Shown: positions 38,838 to 49,297 of the stretch, piece by piece
Position numbering within the stretch: the first letter of the stretch is position 1
Layout: the number at the start of each line of letters is the position of its first letter
DNA from: Granulosicoccus sp.
GTDB taxonomy: Bacteria > Pseudomonadota > Gammaproteobacteria > Granulosicoccales > Granulosicoccaceae
Assembly: GCA_045106195.1 (NCBI GenBank)
Contig: JBGCEH010000001.1
Span: forward strand, 105,887 to 169,886
Direction: 5' to 3'
Length of the DNA: 64,000 nucleotides
Notes under the pieces: generated by a model
What the model saw: only the letters and a program-made list of their open reading frames with translations
Databases searched by the model: none
Told to the model about the DNA's origin: nothing
Translations under genes and position numbers: made by a program

Positions 38838-39626
38838 ATGGCAGCAAAGCGTAAAGCCAGAGAACTTACTGTGACAGCCACACGGCATGTCACGCCTAAC
38901 ATGCTCAGGTTGACTCTACACGGTGAGGATCTGAATGGATTTCCTGACGATGCGGAAGGTGCTTATTTCAAATTGGTTTTTGAGGGTACTGATGCACAAA
39001 GACCTGTAATGCGAACTTACACCGTGGCGAAGTTTCGTAAAGAACTGCAAGAGATCGACGTTGACTTCATGCTTCACAGCAACTCCAATGGCGTCACTGA
39101 CGGTGTTGCAGCACCCTGGGCTATGCAGGCAAAAGTGGGCGATAGCATGTCGATTTTCGGGCCGGGACCCGCAACGTATGTGAACAGTGAGGCAGACTGG
39201 TTTTTGCTCGCTGCCGACATGACGGCTTTGCCAGCGTTGACTGCCAACCTGGCGCTGTTACCGAGTAATGCGACGGGCTACATGGTGGTAGAGATCCTCG
39301 CTGAAGACGACAAGCAGGAACTTCCTGTGCCGAAAAACATGGAAGTCATATGGGTGGTCAACCCCCATGCAGGCTCCAATGACTCACCTTTGTTTGACGC
39401 CATCGGAAAATTACAATGGCTGGATGGTCAGGTAGCCGTGTGGACGGCCTGTGAATTCAAGACGATGAAGAAGATTCGCCAGTACTACCGCGAGCAACGT
39501 TCCGTGCAGAAATCTCATCTTTATGTTTCCAGCTATTGGAAAAAAGGGCTTAAGGAAGAGGAGCATAAAATAGCAAAGAAGGAGGACGGTGGCGGTGCAG
39601 CGGTTCCTCCACCACCTTCAGTTTGA
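38838..39626 (+). CDS. Siderophore-interacting protein (FAD-binding, ViuB/YqjH family)
   Basis: VTPNMLRLTL, MRTYTV, DFMLH, GPG, ADMTALPA, YVSSYWKKG. Confidence 0.92.
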   Translation: MAAKRKARELTVTATRHVTPNMLRLTLHGEDLNGFPDDAEGAYFKLVFEGTDAQRPVMRTYTVAKFRKELQEIDVDFMLHSNSNGVTDGVAAPWAMQAKVGDSMSIFGPGPATYVNSEADWFLLAADMTALPALTANLALLPSNATGYMVVEILAEDDKQELPVPKNMEVIWVVNPHAGSNDSPLFDAIGKLQWLDGQVAVWTACEFKTMKKIRQYYREQRSVQKSHLYVSSYWKKGLKEEEHKIAKKEDGGGAAVPPPPSV

Positions 39627-39648
39627 ACAGGCACGAGGGACTGATAGC

Positions 39649-40266
39649 GTGACATGTTCAGCGTGTGGTGTGGGTAAGAACAAAGGGGATTACTGCAACT
39701 ACTGTGGCACCTTGTACCCTGAGGCATTGAAGGCTGACCAGGCTCAATCTACTGCGCCTGTAAGTTCACTTGCCAGTAAGTATCAGGTTGAACGTACGCA
39801 GGATAGTCTGAGCATCTGGTGGAATTGGCGCAGCTTGCCATTGTTGGCGTTTCTTGCTTTCTCTGTGTTCTGGATGTACATCGCTACCAGTTCAGGCTCG
39901 ATATGGCCCACACTCGTCGGGGTCGTCATGATTGTGTATATCGTCATTCAGTTTGTGAACCGAACCACCATTAATGTGACTAATAATGGACTCAGCATTC
40001 ATCATCGCCCTATTCCTTGTCGTAAGGGGTTTAAATTCCACGTTGGCAATATTCAGCAGATCTACGTTTCAAAAGAACAAAAGCGTTCCAAGAATAGAAT
40101 ATGGCATGCCCCTGCTTTACAACTGGTAACCAGTGACGGAAAACGACACGCTATTTTGAAAGGTCAGTCCGAAACTGAGTTTGCGGATTTCGAAGCGCTA
40201 CGTCGGAAGATTCTGTCAGAACTCGGGATTGAGCCGAGAAGTGCTTTTGGTGAGTTTTCAGAGTAA
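39649..40266 (+). CDS. Hypothetical membrane protein with N-terminal zinc ribbon
   Basis: GTG 39649 with SD GAGGGA; CSAC...CNYCG, two TM helices, PH-like C-terminal region. Confidence 0.72.
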   Translation: MTCSACGVGKNKGDYCNYCGTLYPEALKADQAQSTAPVSSLASKYQVERTQDSLSIWWNWRSLPLLAFLAFSVFWMYIATSSGSIWPTLVGVVMIVYIVIQFVNRTTINVTNNGLSIHHRPIPCRKGFKFHVGNIQQIYVSKEQKRSKNRIWHAPALQLVTSDGKRHAILKGQSETEFADFEALRRKILSELGIEPRSAFGEFSE

Positions 40267-40281
40267 GTTCATTTTGTATCA

Positions 40282-41190
40282 CTAATGCAAAGTTCCCTGA
40301 GACGCAGGTCCGTCATCATTTGTGGTCTCGTTGGTGGTTATACCTTTAAACAATGCAGCAACATCAACCGGGTCATAGGCGTACAACGCATCGCAGAATT
40401 CGCAGGTGATTTCTACACTGCCCTGCTCTTCAACAATGCTGTCTACTTCGCTTTTGCCCAGGCCCGTCAGCATGCCATCGGTGCGCTCACGTGAGCAGCT
40501 GCAATGAAATAGGACAGGTTGTGGATCGAACAATCGAACACGTTCTTGGTGAAAGATTCGATGCAACAGCGTTTCTGCACTATCACGGCACAGTTCCTCG
40601 TCGGTCAGTGTCTCGCACAGAATCCTGGCACGTTGCCAACCATCGGCGTCATGATAGGTACGCTCTTCGACGGGCAGCTTCTGGATCAGGACACCGGCGG
40701 CCGAATGTTCGGATACGGCAAGGTAGAGCTCTGTAGGCAACTGTTCGCTTGTACGGAAATAGGTCTGCAGTGCGGCTGCCAGATTGTCGCCTTCCAAAGG
40801 CACGATGCCCTGGTAGGGTTCAGCCGTACGGTTGGCCTCGATGGTAATGATCATTCGCGCATCAGGACCAAATGCCGTTTGCAGATTTTTGCTGGCGGGT
40901 TCGGTACCCCAGCGCGCAAGACCACGAATATTTCCTTCGTTGGTGACTTGTACCACGAGTAGATGAATAGGTCCTTCACCACGCACTTGCAGGGTCATTT
41001 TGCCATCAAATTTTATGGTACCGGCTAACAACGTGGCTGCGACGAAAGCCTCACCCAGAATCTGCTTGACCACGGGTGGGTAGTTGGTACGGGCTGTAGC
41101 CTCTTTCCAGGTTTCATCCAGCTGCACCAGCTCTCCGCGTGCGTCACACGAATCCACCATGAATTTTTGTTGTACGTCTTGGTTGCGCAC
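40282..41190 (-). CDS. hslO: Hsp33 redox-regulated chaperone
   Basis: RGELVQL, YQGIVPL, YFRTSEQLPT, CSCSRE...CEFC. Confidence 0.96.
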   Translation of the reverse strand: MRNQDVQQKFMVDSCDARGELVQLDETWKEATARTNYPPVVKQILGEAFVAATLLAGTIKFDGKMTLQVRGEGPIHLLVVQVTNEGNIRGLARWGTEPASKNLQTAFGPDARMIITIEANRTAEPYQGIVPLEGDNLAAALQTYFRTSEQLPTELYLAVSEHSAAGVLIQKLPVEERTYHDADGWQRARILCETLTDEELCRDSAETLLHRIFHQERVRLFDPQPVLFHCSCSRERTDGMLTGLGKSEVDSIVEEQGSVEITCEFCDALYAYDPVDVAALFKGITTNETTNDDGPASQGTLH

Positions 41191-41193
41191 GTT

Positions 41194-42150
41194 TTACTCC
41201 AGTCGGCGGTAAAAAAAATCACCTAACAACGGTGTCAGATACATCGGTATCTGGTAACAGGCGATGAACAGCAATAAGGGTTCAGTGAAAGATACTGGCA
41301 ATGCCGTTAAATACAAGGCAACGTTTCGATTACCGTAGATCACTCCGGTACCAATAATACGAGCAGGTTGATGTTTTATCACTCTGGCCGTACTCGCACC
41401 CAGTAGCTGGAATCCTGCATTTATGGTAACGGCTGCCGCAAGCGCGACGAGGAAATCGCGCATCGTTGTGTCCGGGGCATGTAATGCGCTCATAAGGCCG
41501 ATGACCATCAAGGCAAGGGTAATGGCGGATGCGCCGTCCAGTGCTTGCAGGGATAACGAGAACTGGTTTTTTTTTGCAAAGCGCGTACTCAACACACCTG
41601 CGATGGTGGCTGTAAGGATTAACAACAATAGTTTCAGGGACGGCAGTAGCAGACCATTCAGCGGCTGGTCAGAGAACGCTATCATCAGAACCGGCAGGCA
41701 TGTGAGTGGCAACAGAACGGTGCCGGCGATTAACCAGCGCAACGCCAGTGCGCCATCTCCCTTCAACAGGGTCACAAGGCTAGGGCTTCCGGATATGGGA
41801 GACGCAGCCGCTACGAGGGTTGCGGCCAAGCGCCAGATATCGGGCAAACCGATTAGCGTGGCCAGCGAGAATACCGCGAGTGGGAAGACAAGTTGCGCTA
41901 TCAGTACGCGGGTGATGAGGGCCTGCCATTTGTCAGACTGTAAATCGCCGGAGACGCCGACGGCGTCTGATGTCAAAGCCCCGCTGCTCGCCAAACGGAC
42001 GACTGAAAAAAAGAGCAACAGCCAGATGGATGGTCCGATCAGGCCGCTGAGAGGTTCTGCTGCCCATGGCAGTGTGAATCCTCCGACAAGACCCAGCGGC
42101 AGTACCCATCGCGCCTGCCTTCCACAGCACTCAAGGGCATGAAGGAGCAT
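41194..42150 (-). CDS. Polytopic membrane protein, bile acid:sodium symporter (BASS)-like
   Basis: About 9-10 TM segments, AASPISGSP.L..LLKGD and GNRN motifs resembling SBF-like transporters. Confidence 0.7.
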   Translation of the reverse strand: MLLHALECCGRQARWVLPLGLVGGFTLPWAAEPLSGLIGPSIWLLLFFSVVRLASSGALTSDAVGVSGDLQSDKWQALITRVLIAQLVFPLAVFSLATLIGLPDIWRLAATLVAAASPISGSPSLVTLLKGDGALALRWLIAGTVLLPLTCLPVLMIAFSDQPLNGLLLPSLKLLLLILTATIAGVLSTRFAKKNQFSLSLQALDGASAITLALMVIGLMSALHAPDTTMRDFLVALAAAVTINAGFQLLGASTARVIKHQPARIIGTGVIYGNRNVALYLTALPVSFTEPLLLFIACYQIPMYLTPLLGDFFYRRLE

Positions 42151-42175
42151 CAGTTTATCTGACTGGAGTCACTCA

Positions 42176-43612
42176 CTACCCTTTGAGCTTTTCCCTGAGT
42201 ATCTTATTCAACTGCGCCGGATTGGCTTTGCCTTTTGATGCTTTCATGACAGCACCAACGAAGAATGACAGCAATTTTTCCTTGCCGGCACGGTACTCGG
42301 CAAGTTGCGATGGGTTGGCTGCAATTACCTCGTCAATCATGGCCTCGATAGCACCGGTATCGCTGATCTGTTTAAGCCCACGGGCATCAATGATGGCATC
42401 GACGTTGGTTTCTCCGGACCATAGGGCGTCGAATACTTGCTTGCCGAGTTTTCCGGATAGCGTACCGTCATCAACACGGTTTATCAGCATACCCAATTCG
42501 GTAGCGGCAACAGGCATGTCAGACAGCTCAACATCCTCTTTGTTCATTCGCCCGAAAACCTCACCGAGCACCCAGTTTGAGGCAAGTTTAGGCGCGAAAC
42601 CTTGACCTTCCAGCACAGCTTCGAAGTAGTTGGCAGTTAGTTTGTCGGAGCACAATGCCTGTGCATCATCAGGCGGTATGCCCAGATCATCGATAAAGCG
42701 CTGACGGCGCACTGCCGGTAATTCAGGCATGGTCTTTGCCACGGCTTCGATAAAAGCATCATCGATGACCAGTGGCGGCAAGTCAGGGTCAGGGAAGTAG
42801 CGATAGTCATTGGCCTCCTCCTTCGAGCGCATGGAGCGGGTCTCATCCTTGTCCGCATCGTACAAACGGGTTTCCTGAACGATGCTGCCACCATCTTCCA
42901 GAATGTCAATCTGTCGCTCTACTTCGAAATCGATAGCTCTTTCCAGAAAACGGAAGGAGTTGACGTTTTTGATTTCGGTTCGTGTGCCCAGCTTCTCAGA
43001 ACCCACCGGGCGAACAGACACGTTGGCATCACAGCGGAATGAGCCTTCCTGCATGTTGCCATCGCAGATGTCTATGTATTGCACCAGCGAGTGGATGTAA
43101 CGAGCATAGGCTACCGCCTCGGTGGCTGAACGCATGTCGGGCTCGGAGACGATTTCCAGCAGAGGGGTTCCAGCGCGATTCAAATCGATGCCTGTAGAGC
43201 CTTCGAACAGGTCGTGGACAGATTTGCCTGCGTCTTCCTCCAAGTGTGCACGGGTAAGGCCGATGCGCTTTTCAGTGCCATCAGGGAGAGTGACGGTGAT
43301 TGCGCCCTCGCCGACTATCGGATGCGACATCTGGCTGATTTGATAGCCTTTAGGCAGATCGGGATAGAAGTAGTTCTTGCGCGCGAATACGGAGTATTTG
43401 CCGATGTGTGCGTCGGTTGCCAGTGCGAATTTGACTGCCATGCGAACAACGTCTTTGTTGACCACTGGCAATACACCCGGAAGACCCAGGTCCACAGCGC
43501 TTGCCTGTGTATTGGGCTCCGACCCAAAGGCTGTTGAAGCCGTCGAAAATATCTTTGATCGAGTTGCCAGCTGCGCGTGAATTTCAAGCCCGATGACGGT
43601 TTCCCATTCCAT
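42176..43612 (-). CDS. gatB: Asp-tRNA(Asn)/Glu-tRNA(Gln) amidotransferase subunit B
   Basis: [52 protein letters not shown]; start 43612 or 43618 (track 43684). Confidence 0.98.
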   Translation of the reverse strand: MEWETVIGLEIHAQLATRSKIFSTASTAFGSEPNTQASAVDLGLPGVLPVVNKDVVRMAVKFALATDAHIGKYSVFARKNYFYPDLPKGYQISQMSHPIVGEGAITVTLPDGTEKRIGLTRAHLEEDAGKSVHDLFEGSTGIDLNRAGTPLLEIVSEPDMRSATEAVAYARYIHSLVQYIDICDGNMQEGSFRCDANVSVRPVGSEKLGTRTEIKNVNSFRFLERAIDFEVERQIDILEDGGSIVQETRLYDADKDETRSMRSKEEANDYRYFPDPDLPPLVIDDAFIEAVAKTMPELPAVRRQRFIDDLGIPPDDAQALCSDKLTANYFEAVLEGQGFAPKLASNWVLGEVFGRMNKEDVELSDMPVAATELGMLINRVDDGTLSGKLGKQVFDALWSGETNVDAIIDARGLKQISDTGAIEAMIDEVIAANPSQLAEYRAGKEKLLSFFVGAVMKASKGKANPAQLNKILREKLKG

Positions 43613-43622
43613 AGCCATACCC

Positions 43623-45080
43623 TCACTCAATGCCGGCTGGTGACTGCGCATGCCAGTCGGTGATCTGCTGGTATCGATGCGCAATGTTCAAAAGCTGCGC
43701 CTCTTCATAGGCAGGCGCAACCAGTTGCAGACCGATGGGTAGGCCTTCGCTAAATCCGCACGGCACAGATATACCCGGCAGACCGCTGAGATTAGCTGAT
43801 ACGGTAAACAGATCGTTCAGGTACATACTGGTGGGGTCACTGTGTTTTTCTCCGCTTTTGAAGGCGGTGGTAGGCGTTGTCGGACCCGCGATAAGATCAA
43901 CATTCTTGAAGGCTTCAGAGAAATCGTTGCTCACGAGCTGCCGCACTTGTTGAGCTTTCAGATAATAGGCATCGTAGTAGCCGGCAGACAAGGCATAAGC
44001 ACCGATCAGTATCCGGCGCTTGACCTCTTTGCCAAAGCCTTCGCCGCGCGTGCGCGTATAGAGATCTTCCAGATTTTGCGGGTTTTCGCAGCGATAGCCG
44101 AAACGTACACCGTCGAATCGCGATAGGTTGCTGGATGCTTCTGCCGGTGCTATGACATAGTAGGCTGGAATACAGTGTTGCTGGTTAGGCAAGCTGACGG
44201 GTTTTAGCACCGCACCGGCTTTTTCCAGTTCGGCAAGCGCTGACTGGACATGCGTTGCTATTACAGGGTCAAGGCCTTGACCGAAGTACTCATTAGGAAT
44301 GCCGATACGCAGACCGTTGAGATCGTTTTCGAGGGCGACACTGAAATCCGGTACCGCGGCTGTACTGCTGGTGGAATCTCTGACATCGTGTCCAGACATG
44401 GCTTGTAACAATAAAGCACAGTCTTCGGCTGTGCGGGCCATGGGTCCGCCCTGATCAAGACTGGACGCAAAGGCGATCATCCCGTAGCGCGATACTCGGC
44501 CATAGGTTGGCTTGATGCCGGTGATTCCACAGAAGGCCGCAGGTTGCCGGATGGATCCGCCCGTGTCGGTACCAGTGGCGCCAGACGCCAGTTGGGCAGC
44601 GACGAGGGCAGCACTGCCACCGGATGACCCGCCAGGCACCCTGTCGTGTTGCCAGGGATTGGCCACGGGTCCGTAGTAGCTGTTTTCGTTGGAGGATCCC
44701 ATGGCGAATTCATCCATGTTGGCCTTGCCCAGCATAACGACCCCGGCGGAACTCAGCTTGTCGACCACAGTGGCGTTATAAGGCGCTTTAAAATTCTCCA
44801 GAATTCGCGAGCCGCAGGTGGTGGCAATTCCTTTTGTACAGAAAATATCCTTGTGTGCGATGGGAATACCTGTGAGGGGGCCTGCATTTCCAGATGCGCG
44901 GGTATTGTCAGCTTTCACGGCTGCGGCTTTAGCGCCTTCCACATCCACATGCAGATAGGCATTGATTGCGGGGTTAAGGCGTTCAATGCGCTCAAGATAG
45001 TGATTGACCAGCTCCGCACTGCTTATCTCGGAAGTCTGGAGCATGGCGGCCTGCTGGGCCAGTGTCTTTTGCGAAATCAT
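43623..45080 (-). CDS. gatA: Amidotransferase subunit A
   Basis: [42 protein letters not shown]. Confidence 0.98.
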   Translation of the reverse strand: MISQKTLAQQAAMLQTSEISSAELVNHYLERIERLNPAINAYLHVDVEGAKAAAVKADNTRASGNAGPLTGIPIAHKDIFCTKGIATTCGSRILENFKAPYNATVVDKLSSAGVVMLGKANMDEFAMGSSNENSYYGPVANPWQHDRVPGGSSGGSAALVAAQLASGATGTDTGGSIRQPAAFCGITGIKPTYGRVSRYGMIAFASSLDQGGPMARTAEDCALLLQAMSGHDVRDSTSSTAAVPDFSVALENDLNGLRIGIPNEYFGQGLDPVIATHVQSALAELEKAGAVLKPVSLPNQQHCIPAYYVIAPAEASSNLSRFDGVRFGYRCENPQNLEDLYTRTRGEGFGKEVKRRILIGAYALSAGYYDAYYLKAQQVRQLVSNDFSEAFKNVDLIAGPTTPTTAFKSGEKHSDPTSMYLNDLFTVSANLSGLPGISVPCGFSEGLPIGLQLVAPAYEEAQLLNIAHRYQQITDWHAQSPAGIE

Positions 45081-45364
45081 TCGATTACTCTCGGCACGAG
45101 GAAATAGCCGTCCCGGGTTTCAGGGGCCGGCGCCTGAAGGATTTCGCGCTGGTCGATCTCGGTGACCTCATCTTCGCGCAGCCACAGGCTTGCACTGGCA
45201 GGATGGGCCATGGGCTCGACGCCTTTAGTGTCGATGGCCTGTAACTGCTCCACCAGAGAAAGAACACTGGAAACGTCAGCCGCCAGCGGTGCCAGATCAT
45301 CGGGCTCTATACCAACGCGCGCCAGATGCGCGATGGCTGCAATATCATCAGGAGTTAATGCCAC
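45077..45364 (-). CDS. gatC: Amidotransferase subunit C
   Basis: [14 protein letters not shown]...[11 protein letters not shown]...LREDEV...FLVPRVIE; GTG 45364. Confidence 0.96.
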   Translation of the reverse strand: MALTPDDIAAIAHLARVGIEPDDLAPLAADVSSVLSLVEQLQAIDTKGVEPMAHPASASLWLREDEVTEIDQREILQAPAPETRDGYFLVPRVIE

Positions 45365-45465
45365 GGTATGCCTTCGGAGGAAGTAAACGGGCAAACGTAT
45401 CATAAATAGGTTTGCAACTGCCTTGTCAAATGGTCAAAATTACCCGCCTAGTCAGGAATCAACTC

Positions 45466-45684
45466 GTGTCAAGCAACGAATACAGCCAGCGCATCGAAAC
45501 CCTTGAACTCAAACTCATGGATCTCGAGAACACCGTCCAGGAGCTCAATGAGGTCATCCTCCGTCAGTATCGGGACATCGAACGTTTGCAACTGCAGCAG
45601 GAGGAGTTATTGCGCCATTCGACAGGTGGAGCACCATCCGGGGCCGTGCCAACCGCTATTGATGAACTGCCGCCACATTACTAG
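45466..45684 (+). CDS. slyX: SlyX family protein
   Basis: RIETLELKLMDLENTVQELNEVI...PPHY; GTG 45466 with SD AGGA; upstream TTGCAA-17-CAAAAT (45412-45440). Confidence 0.9.
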   Translation: MSSNEYSQRIETLELKLMDLENTVQELNEVILRQYRDIERLQLQQEELLRHSTGGAPSGAVPTAIDELPPHY

Positions 45685-45706
45685 ATTGCCTCGGGCAATA
45701 GCTGGC

Positions 45707-46300
45707 CTAGCGGCCGAGAATAAGGGTCATGCCGTCTATTGCGTATTGCGGTACTTTAAGGTTTTCGGTCGCGTATTGGCCGCTGTAAACGCGCCCGGCA
45801 AGATCGTATCGATCCTTACCGCAACTGTCCATGAATCCACCGCTCCACGGGCGCTCCTGAAAACTCTCACTGCTTGCAGGGACATGCGCAACGGTGCATC
45901 CCTGCCCTGTGCCGAGGGCTATGGCAACAAAGTAGTCAACCGATTCGGATCGAAGCGCATTTTTGGCGAAAGCGGGTTGTTCGGAGCGGGCAGAATCCGG
46001 ATCCATAAGGCGGCTATCACCTGTGCGCAAAGAGACTATATCAGCATCACTTCGTCGATACACCAGCACAGGACGGCCTTCCCACGTCATAAAGTCAATC
46101 TCGCCAGGCTCAATATTGCTGATGTCCACCCGCAGGCTCGGCACACTGGGCACCTCTCCATCCCCAGACATTATGGCCGATACGAAGACGTACGCGACAC
46201 CTGCAAAACCAAGGTACATCATCATCTTGGCAGCCACTCTCAACCTAAGACGTCGTCTGGCGTCTTCGCTTGTTGCGGGTTTTATGTGGGAATTCTGCAC
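45707..46300 (-). CDS. PetA-like Rieske-fold protein lacking all [2Fe-2S] ligands (pseudo-Rieske)
   Basis: RRR leader + TM helix, VDISNIEPG, TWEGRPVLVYRR, DPDS..S.QP....N..RS, box I GTGQGC, WSGGF, box II DSCGKD, RYDLAGRVY, NL.VP.Y; GTG 46300 preferred (track 46363). Confidence 0.85.
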   Translation of the reverse strand: MQNSHIKPATSEDARRRLRLRVAAKMMMYLGFAGVAYVFVSAIMSGDGEVPSVPSLRVDISNIEPGEIDFMTWEGRPVLVYRRSDADIVSLRTGDSRLMDPDSARSEQPAFAKNALRSESVDYFVAIALGTGQGCTVAHVPASSESFQERPWSGGFMDSCGKDRYDLAGRVYSGQYATENLKVPQYAIDGMTLILGR

Positions 46301-46341
46301 AGCGATGGACGGATGAAAACCGGTATGCAGAGTGTACGTTA

Positions 46342-47112
46342 ATGATGGATGTATGGACGCCACCGACGGTTGTTACCTCTGAGCGGATGAACCACGCTCG
46401 GCTGGACCCAGACTATAGAGCAGACAAGGACTGGTTACTGACTCGCGAAGATTCACAGGCGTCGGCCTTGTCATTGGTTCGGCCAGATGGCGTCAGTCTG
46501 ACAATTGATTTCACTGCTGGTAAGGCCAGGTATCGCACCACGCAGAGTGGCATGGGGGCTCAGGCATTGTCGAGGGCGCTAGGGGTCAAGCAATTCAAGA
46601 AAATAAATGGCTATAGTCCCACTATTGTTGACGCTACCGGTGGCCTTGGCCAGGACGCGTGGGCGTTGGCCTCTACAGGCTGCACGCTAATCCTGATTGA
46701 GCAACATGACATTGTTCACGCCTTGCTGGCAGACGGGCTTGAGCGTGCACTGGCGAATGACGAATGCGCAGCTGTTGCAAAGCGTATTACTCTGCTGCAG
46801 GGTGAGGCGACCGAGAAACTGGATGCATTGCCCATGAACAATGTACATGCCATCTACCTTGACCCGATGTACCCGGAAAGACGCAAAAAAGCCAACAGCA
46901 AGAAAGGAATGCAATTTCTACACGCCCTGCTTGGCCCACCCTCTACAAATGACCCTGCACTGCTTCTTGCAGCTTTGGACTCTGGTGTTTCCAGGGTAGT
47001 CGTGAAACGGCCTAAAGGCGCCCCCTTGCTGGCAGGGACCGAGCAGTTCAGAGGTCAGAGAACCGTCATTGAATCGCCGAATACCCGGTATGACGTTTAT
47101 CACAGCAAGTGA
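46342..47112 (+). CDS. rsmJ: 16S rRNA m2G1516 methyltransferase (RsmJ/YhiQ)
   Basis: IDF..G...YR, VDATGGLGQDAWALAS.G, IYLDPMYP, RVVVKRP; start 46342 or 46387. Confidence 0.9.
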   Translation: MMDVWTPPTVVTSERMNHARLDPDYRADKDWLLTREDSQASALSLVRPDGVSLTIDFTAGKARYRTTQSGMGAQALSRALGVKQFKKINGYSPTIVDATGGLGQDAWALASTGCTLILIEQHDIVHALLADGLERALANDECAAVAKRITLLQGEATEKLDALPMNNVHAIYLDPMYPERRKKANSKKGMQFLHALLGPPSTNDPALLLAALDSGVSRVVVKRPKGAPLLAGTEQFRGQRTVIESPNTRYDVYHSK

Positions 47113-47158
47113 TTGCCAGGTGCTTGCGCGACAGAAACAATTCCGGCCACGCAAGCTC

Positions 47159-47644
47159 CTAGTCGCGGAAATTCTGGAACTGCATGGGAAGGCCAAGCTC
47201 GGCTTCCTTGAGTAGTGCCATGACTGCTTGCAAGTCATCACGCTTCTTACCATTTACACGTAGCTGTTCGCCCTGCACTTGTGCTTGAACCTTGATCTTG
47301 GATTCCTTGATTTTGGCCACCGCCTTCTTGGCCGTTTCCTTGTCAATACCTTGCTTGACCGTGACGGCCTGCTTGACGCCCTTGCCACTGTTTTCAACCT
47401 TTCCCGCGTCCAGACAGGCAATGTCTATCTTGCGCGCGGTCAGTTTCTGGTAGAGGATAGGATGAATCTGCTGAATCTGAAAGTCGCTGTCGGCATGCAG
47501 CATGATGATCTTGCCCTCACTGAGTTCGGCCTTGGCTGATGTACCCTTGAAATCGAACCGGGTGCCGATCTCGCGTTGGGTATGATCGACAGCATTGGAC
47601 AGTTCGTGCTGATCTACTTCCGAGACAACGTCGAATGATGGCAT
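47159..47644 (-). CDS. yajQ: YajQ family nucleotide/c-di-GMP-binding protein
   Basis: MPSFDVVSEVD, RFDFKG, KVQAQVQGEQLRVNGKKRDDLQ, LPMQFQNFRD. Confidence 0.97.
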   Translation of the reverse strand: MPSFDVVSEVDQHELSNAVDHTQREIGTRFDFKGTSAKAELSEGKIIMLHADSDFQIQQIHPILYQKLTARKIDIACLDAGKVENSGKGVKQAVTVKQGIDKETAKKAVAKIKESKIKVQAQVQGEQLRVNGKKRDDLQAVMALLKEAELGLPMQFQNFRD

Positions 47645-47725
47645 ACGTCTGCTCCGCTTTTGACTTAAGATCATTGGTAAATATCAGATAGTGGATTATC
47701 CACCAAAAAGGGCCTTGATTGATCA

Positions 47726-48133
47726 ATGACACAATGGATTCTGGTAACGGGCGCCATCTTCGGGGCACTGGCGGTGGCAACGGGCGCATTTGGCGCGCAT
47801 GCATTGCAGGGAGTACTGGATGATCGCGCGCGAGGATGGTACGACACCGCAGTTACTTATCACGCAGGCCACGCACTTGCCATCGTGGCCTGTGGGCTAA
47901 CGGCACTGTATGCCAGTTCGCATGCCGACTCTGGAAACGCTGCCATCTGGTTGAATACATCTGCTATCTGTTTTGTGCTTGGCGTAGTCGTTTTCAGCGG
48001 TTCCTTATATACGATGGCCTTCACCGGCATTACCCGCCTTGGCATGATTACCCCCATTGGCGGCCTTTTCATGATTATTGCCTGGCTAAGCCTGGCAGTT
48101 GGCGCCAGCAAGCTTGGCAACGGAGTAACGTAG
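47726..48133 (+). CDS. DUF423 / YgdD (TMEM256) membrane protein
   Basis: AVATGAFGAHAL, TAVTYHAGHALA, FSGSLY, GMITPIGG. Confidence 0.9.
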   Translation: MTQWILVTGAIFGALAVATGAFGAHALQGVLDDRARGWYDTAVTYHAGHALAIVACGLTALYASSHADSGNAAIWLNTSAICFVLGVVVFSGSLYTMAFTGITRLGMITPIGGLFMIIAWLSLAVGASKLGNGVT

Positions 48134-48135
48134 GT

Positions 48136-48798
48136 ATGAGTAACGAATCAAGTACCGCAGATCTGATTGAGCCACGTCGTGACTACACCGCTGATACCCT
48201 TAGGCGACGCGATCTTTCAGACACCCCCATCAAGCAGTTCACGCAGTGGCTACAGGATGCCCGCGACAGAAAGATACTCGACGCCACGGCAATGACGCTG
48301 TGTACAGCTGATGCAACAGGTCAACCTCATTCACGTGTTGTCCTGCTCAAGAAGTTCGATGACAACGGCTTTGTCTGGTACACCTATCAGCAGAGTGACA
48401 AGGCGCAGCAACTTGCCGAAAACCCCAAGGCATCATTACTGTTCTACTGGTGTGCACTGGAGCGGCAGGTACGCATCGAGGGCACGGTCACCAAGCTGGA
48501 TCCTGCAGAGGCAGATGAGTATTTCTACTCACGGCCCGAAGGTAGTCGATTCAGCGCAGCAGCATCGGTTCAATCACAGCCGGTTGACAACCGCGATGTT
48601 CTGGAGCAGCGCGTTGCCCTGTTGCACGAACAATATCCCGACGGCAACGTTCCACGGCCCAATGCCTGGGGCGGCTATCGTATTGTTCCTCACCGTCTGG
48701 AATTCTGGCAAGGTCGCGCCGATCGTTTACATGACCGCTTTGTTTTCGAACGCGAGAGTGTCGATGACACCTGGTCTGTTGGCAGAATTCAACCGTGA
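48136..48798 (+). CDS. pdxH: Pyridoxamine 5'-phosphate oxidase
   Basis: RRDYT...L, AMTLCTA, RVVLLK, SDKAQQL..NP, RQVRIEG, YFYSRP, EFWQGRADRLHDR; ATG 48136. Confidence 0.97.
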   Translation: MSNESSTADLIEPRRDYTADTLRRRDLSDTPIKQFTQWLQDARDRKILDATAMTLCTADATGQPHSRVVLLKKFDDNGFVWYTYQQSDKAQQLAENPKASLLFYWCALERQVRIEGTVTKLDPAEADEYFYSRPEGSRFSAAASVQSQPVDNRDVLEQRVALLHEQYPDGNVPRPNAWGGYRIVPHRLEFWQGRADRLHDRFVFERESVDDTWSVGRIQP

Positions 48799-48811
48799 TT
48801 ATTCAGATAAC

Positions 48812-49297
48812 ATGAAGAAGCTCAAAATGACGCTCGCTATATTGCTCGCCGTAGTTGTCGTTGCCACAGTGGCGCTGCGACTTGCCGTACCCAAGCTATC
48901 CGGCGCCAGTGCTGCGTCAGGCATTTTAGAGAACAACGGGCAATCCACGTTGGGAGACTGTCCCGATATACCCAACTGTCAAGGCTCGGAATCCAGCAGA
49001 AACTCTCAGAAAGTCGATAGATTGGCACTAAGCAAATCTGCCACGGACGCAATCGACATCCTGAGCACCATAATCTCGTCACAAGCTGGAGCGCAAATCG
49101 TTACGCGAGACGAACGTTATCTGCACGCTACCTTCGTTACCAGAATCATGGGCTACATCGACGATGTCGAGTTTCTAGTAAGCGATGACGGGCAGAGTCT
49201 GCAGGTGCGAAGCGCCTCCAGGCTGGGTAAAAGTGACCTTGGGGCTAACGCTAAACGAATTGCCTTGTTGCGTTCGCTGACAGAGGGGAAAATCTGA
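48812..49297 (+). CDS. DUF1499 family protein
   Basis: Signal anchor, CPDIPNC, YLHATFVTRIMGYIDDVEF, VRSASRLGKSDLGANAKRI. Confidence 0.9.
   Translation: MKKLKMTLAILLAVVVVATVALRLAVPKLSGASAASGILENNGQSTLGDCPDIPNCQGSESSRNSQKVDRLALSKSATDAIDILSTIISSQAGAQIVTRDERYLHATFVTRIMGYIDDVEFLVSDDGQSLQVRSASRLGKSDLGANAKRIALLRSLTEGKI

Noticed and set aside
41423-42142. 239-aa plus-strand ORF
   Set aside because: Antisense shadow of the membrane transporter gene, with low-complexity composition and no motifs.
45503-46342. 279-aa plus-strand ORF overlapping slyX and the Rieske-like gene
   Set aside because: Antisense shadow; the minus-strand frame carries the recognisable PetA homology.
47691-47704. Palindrome GTGGAT-T-ATCCAC with a DnaA-box-like TTATCCACC between divergent yajQ and DUF423
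   Set aside because: Single site with one mismatch and no cluster or AT-rich unwinding element; it may be an operator but there is nothing to support that.
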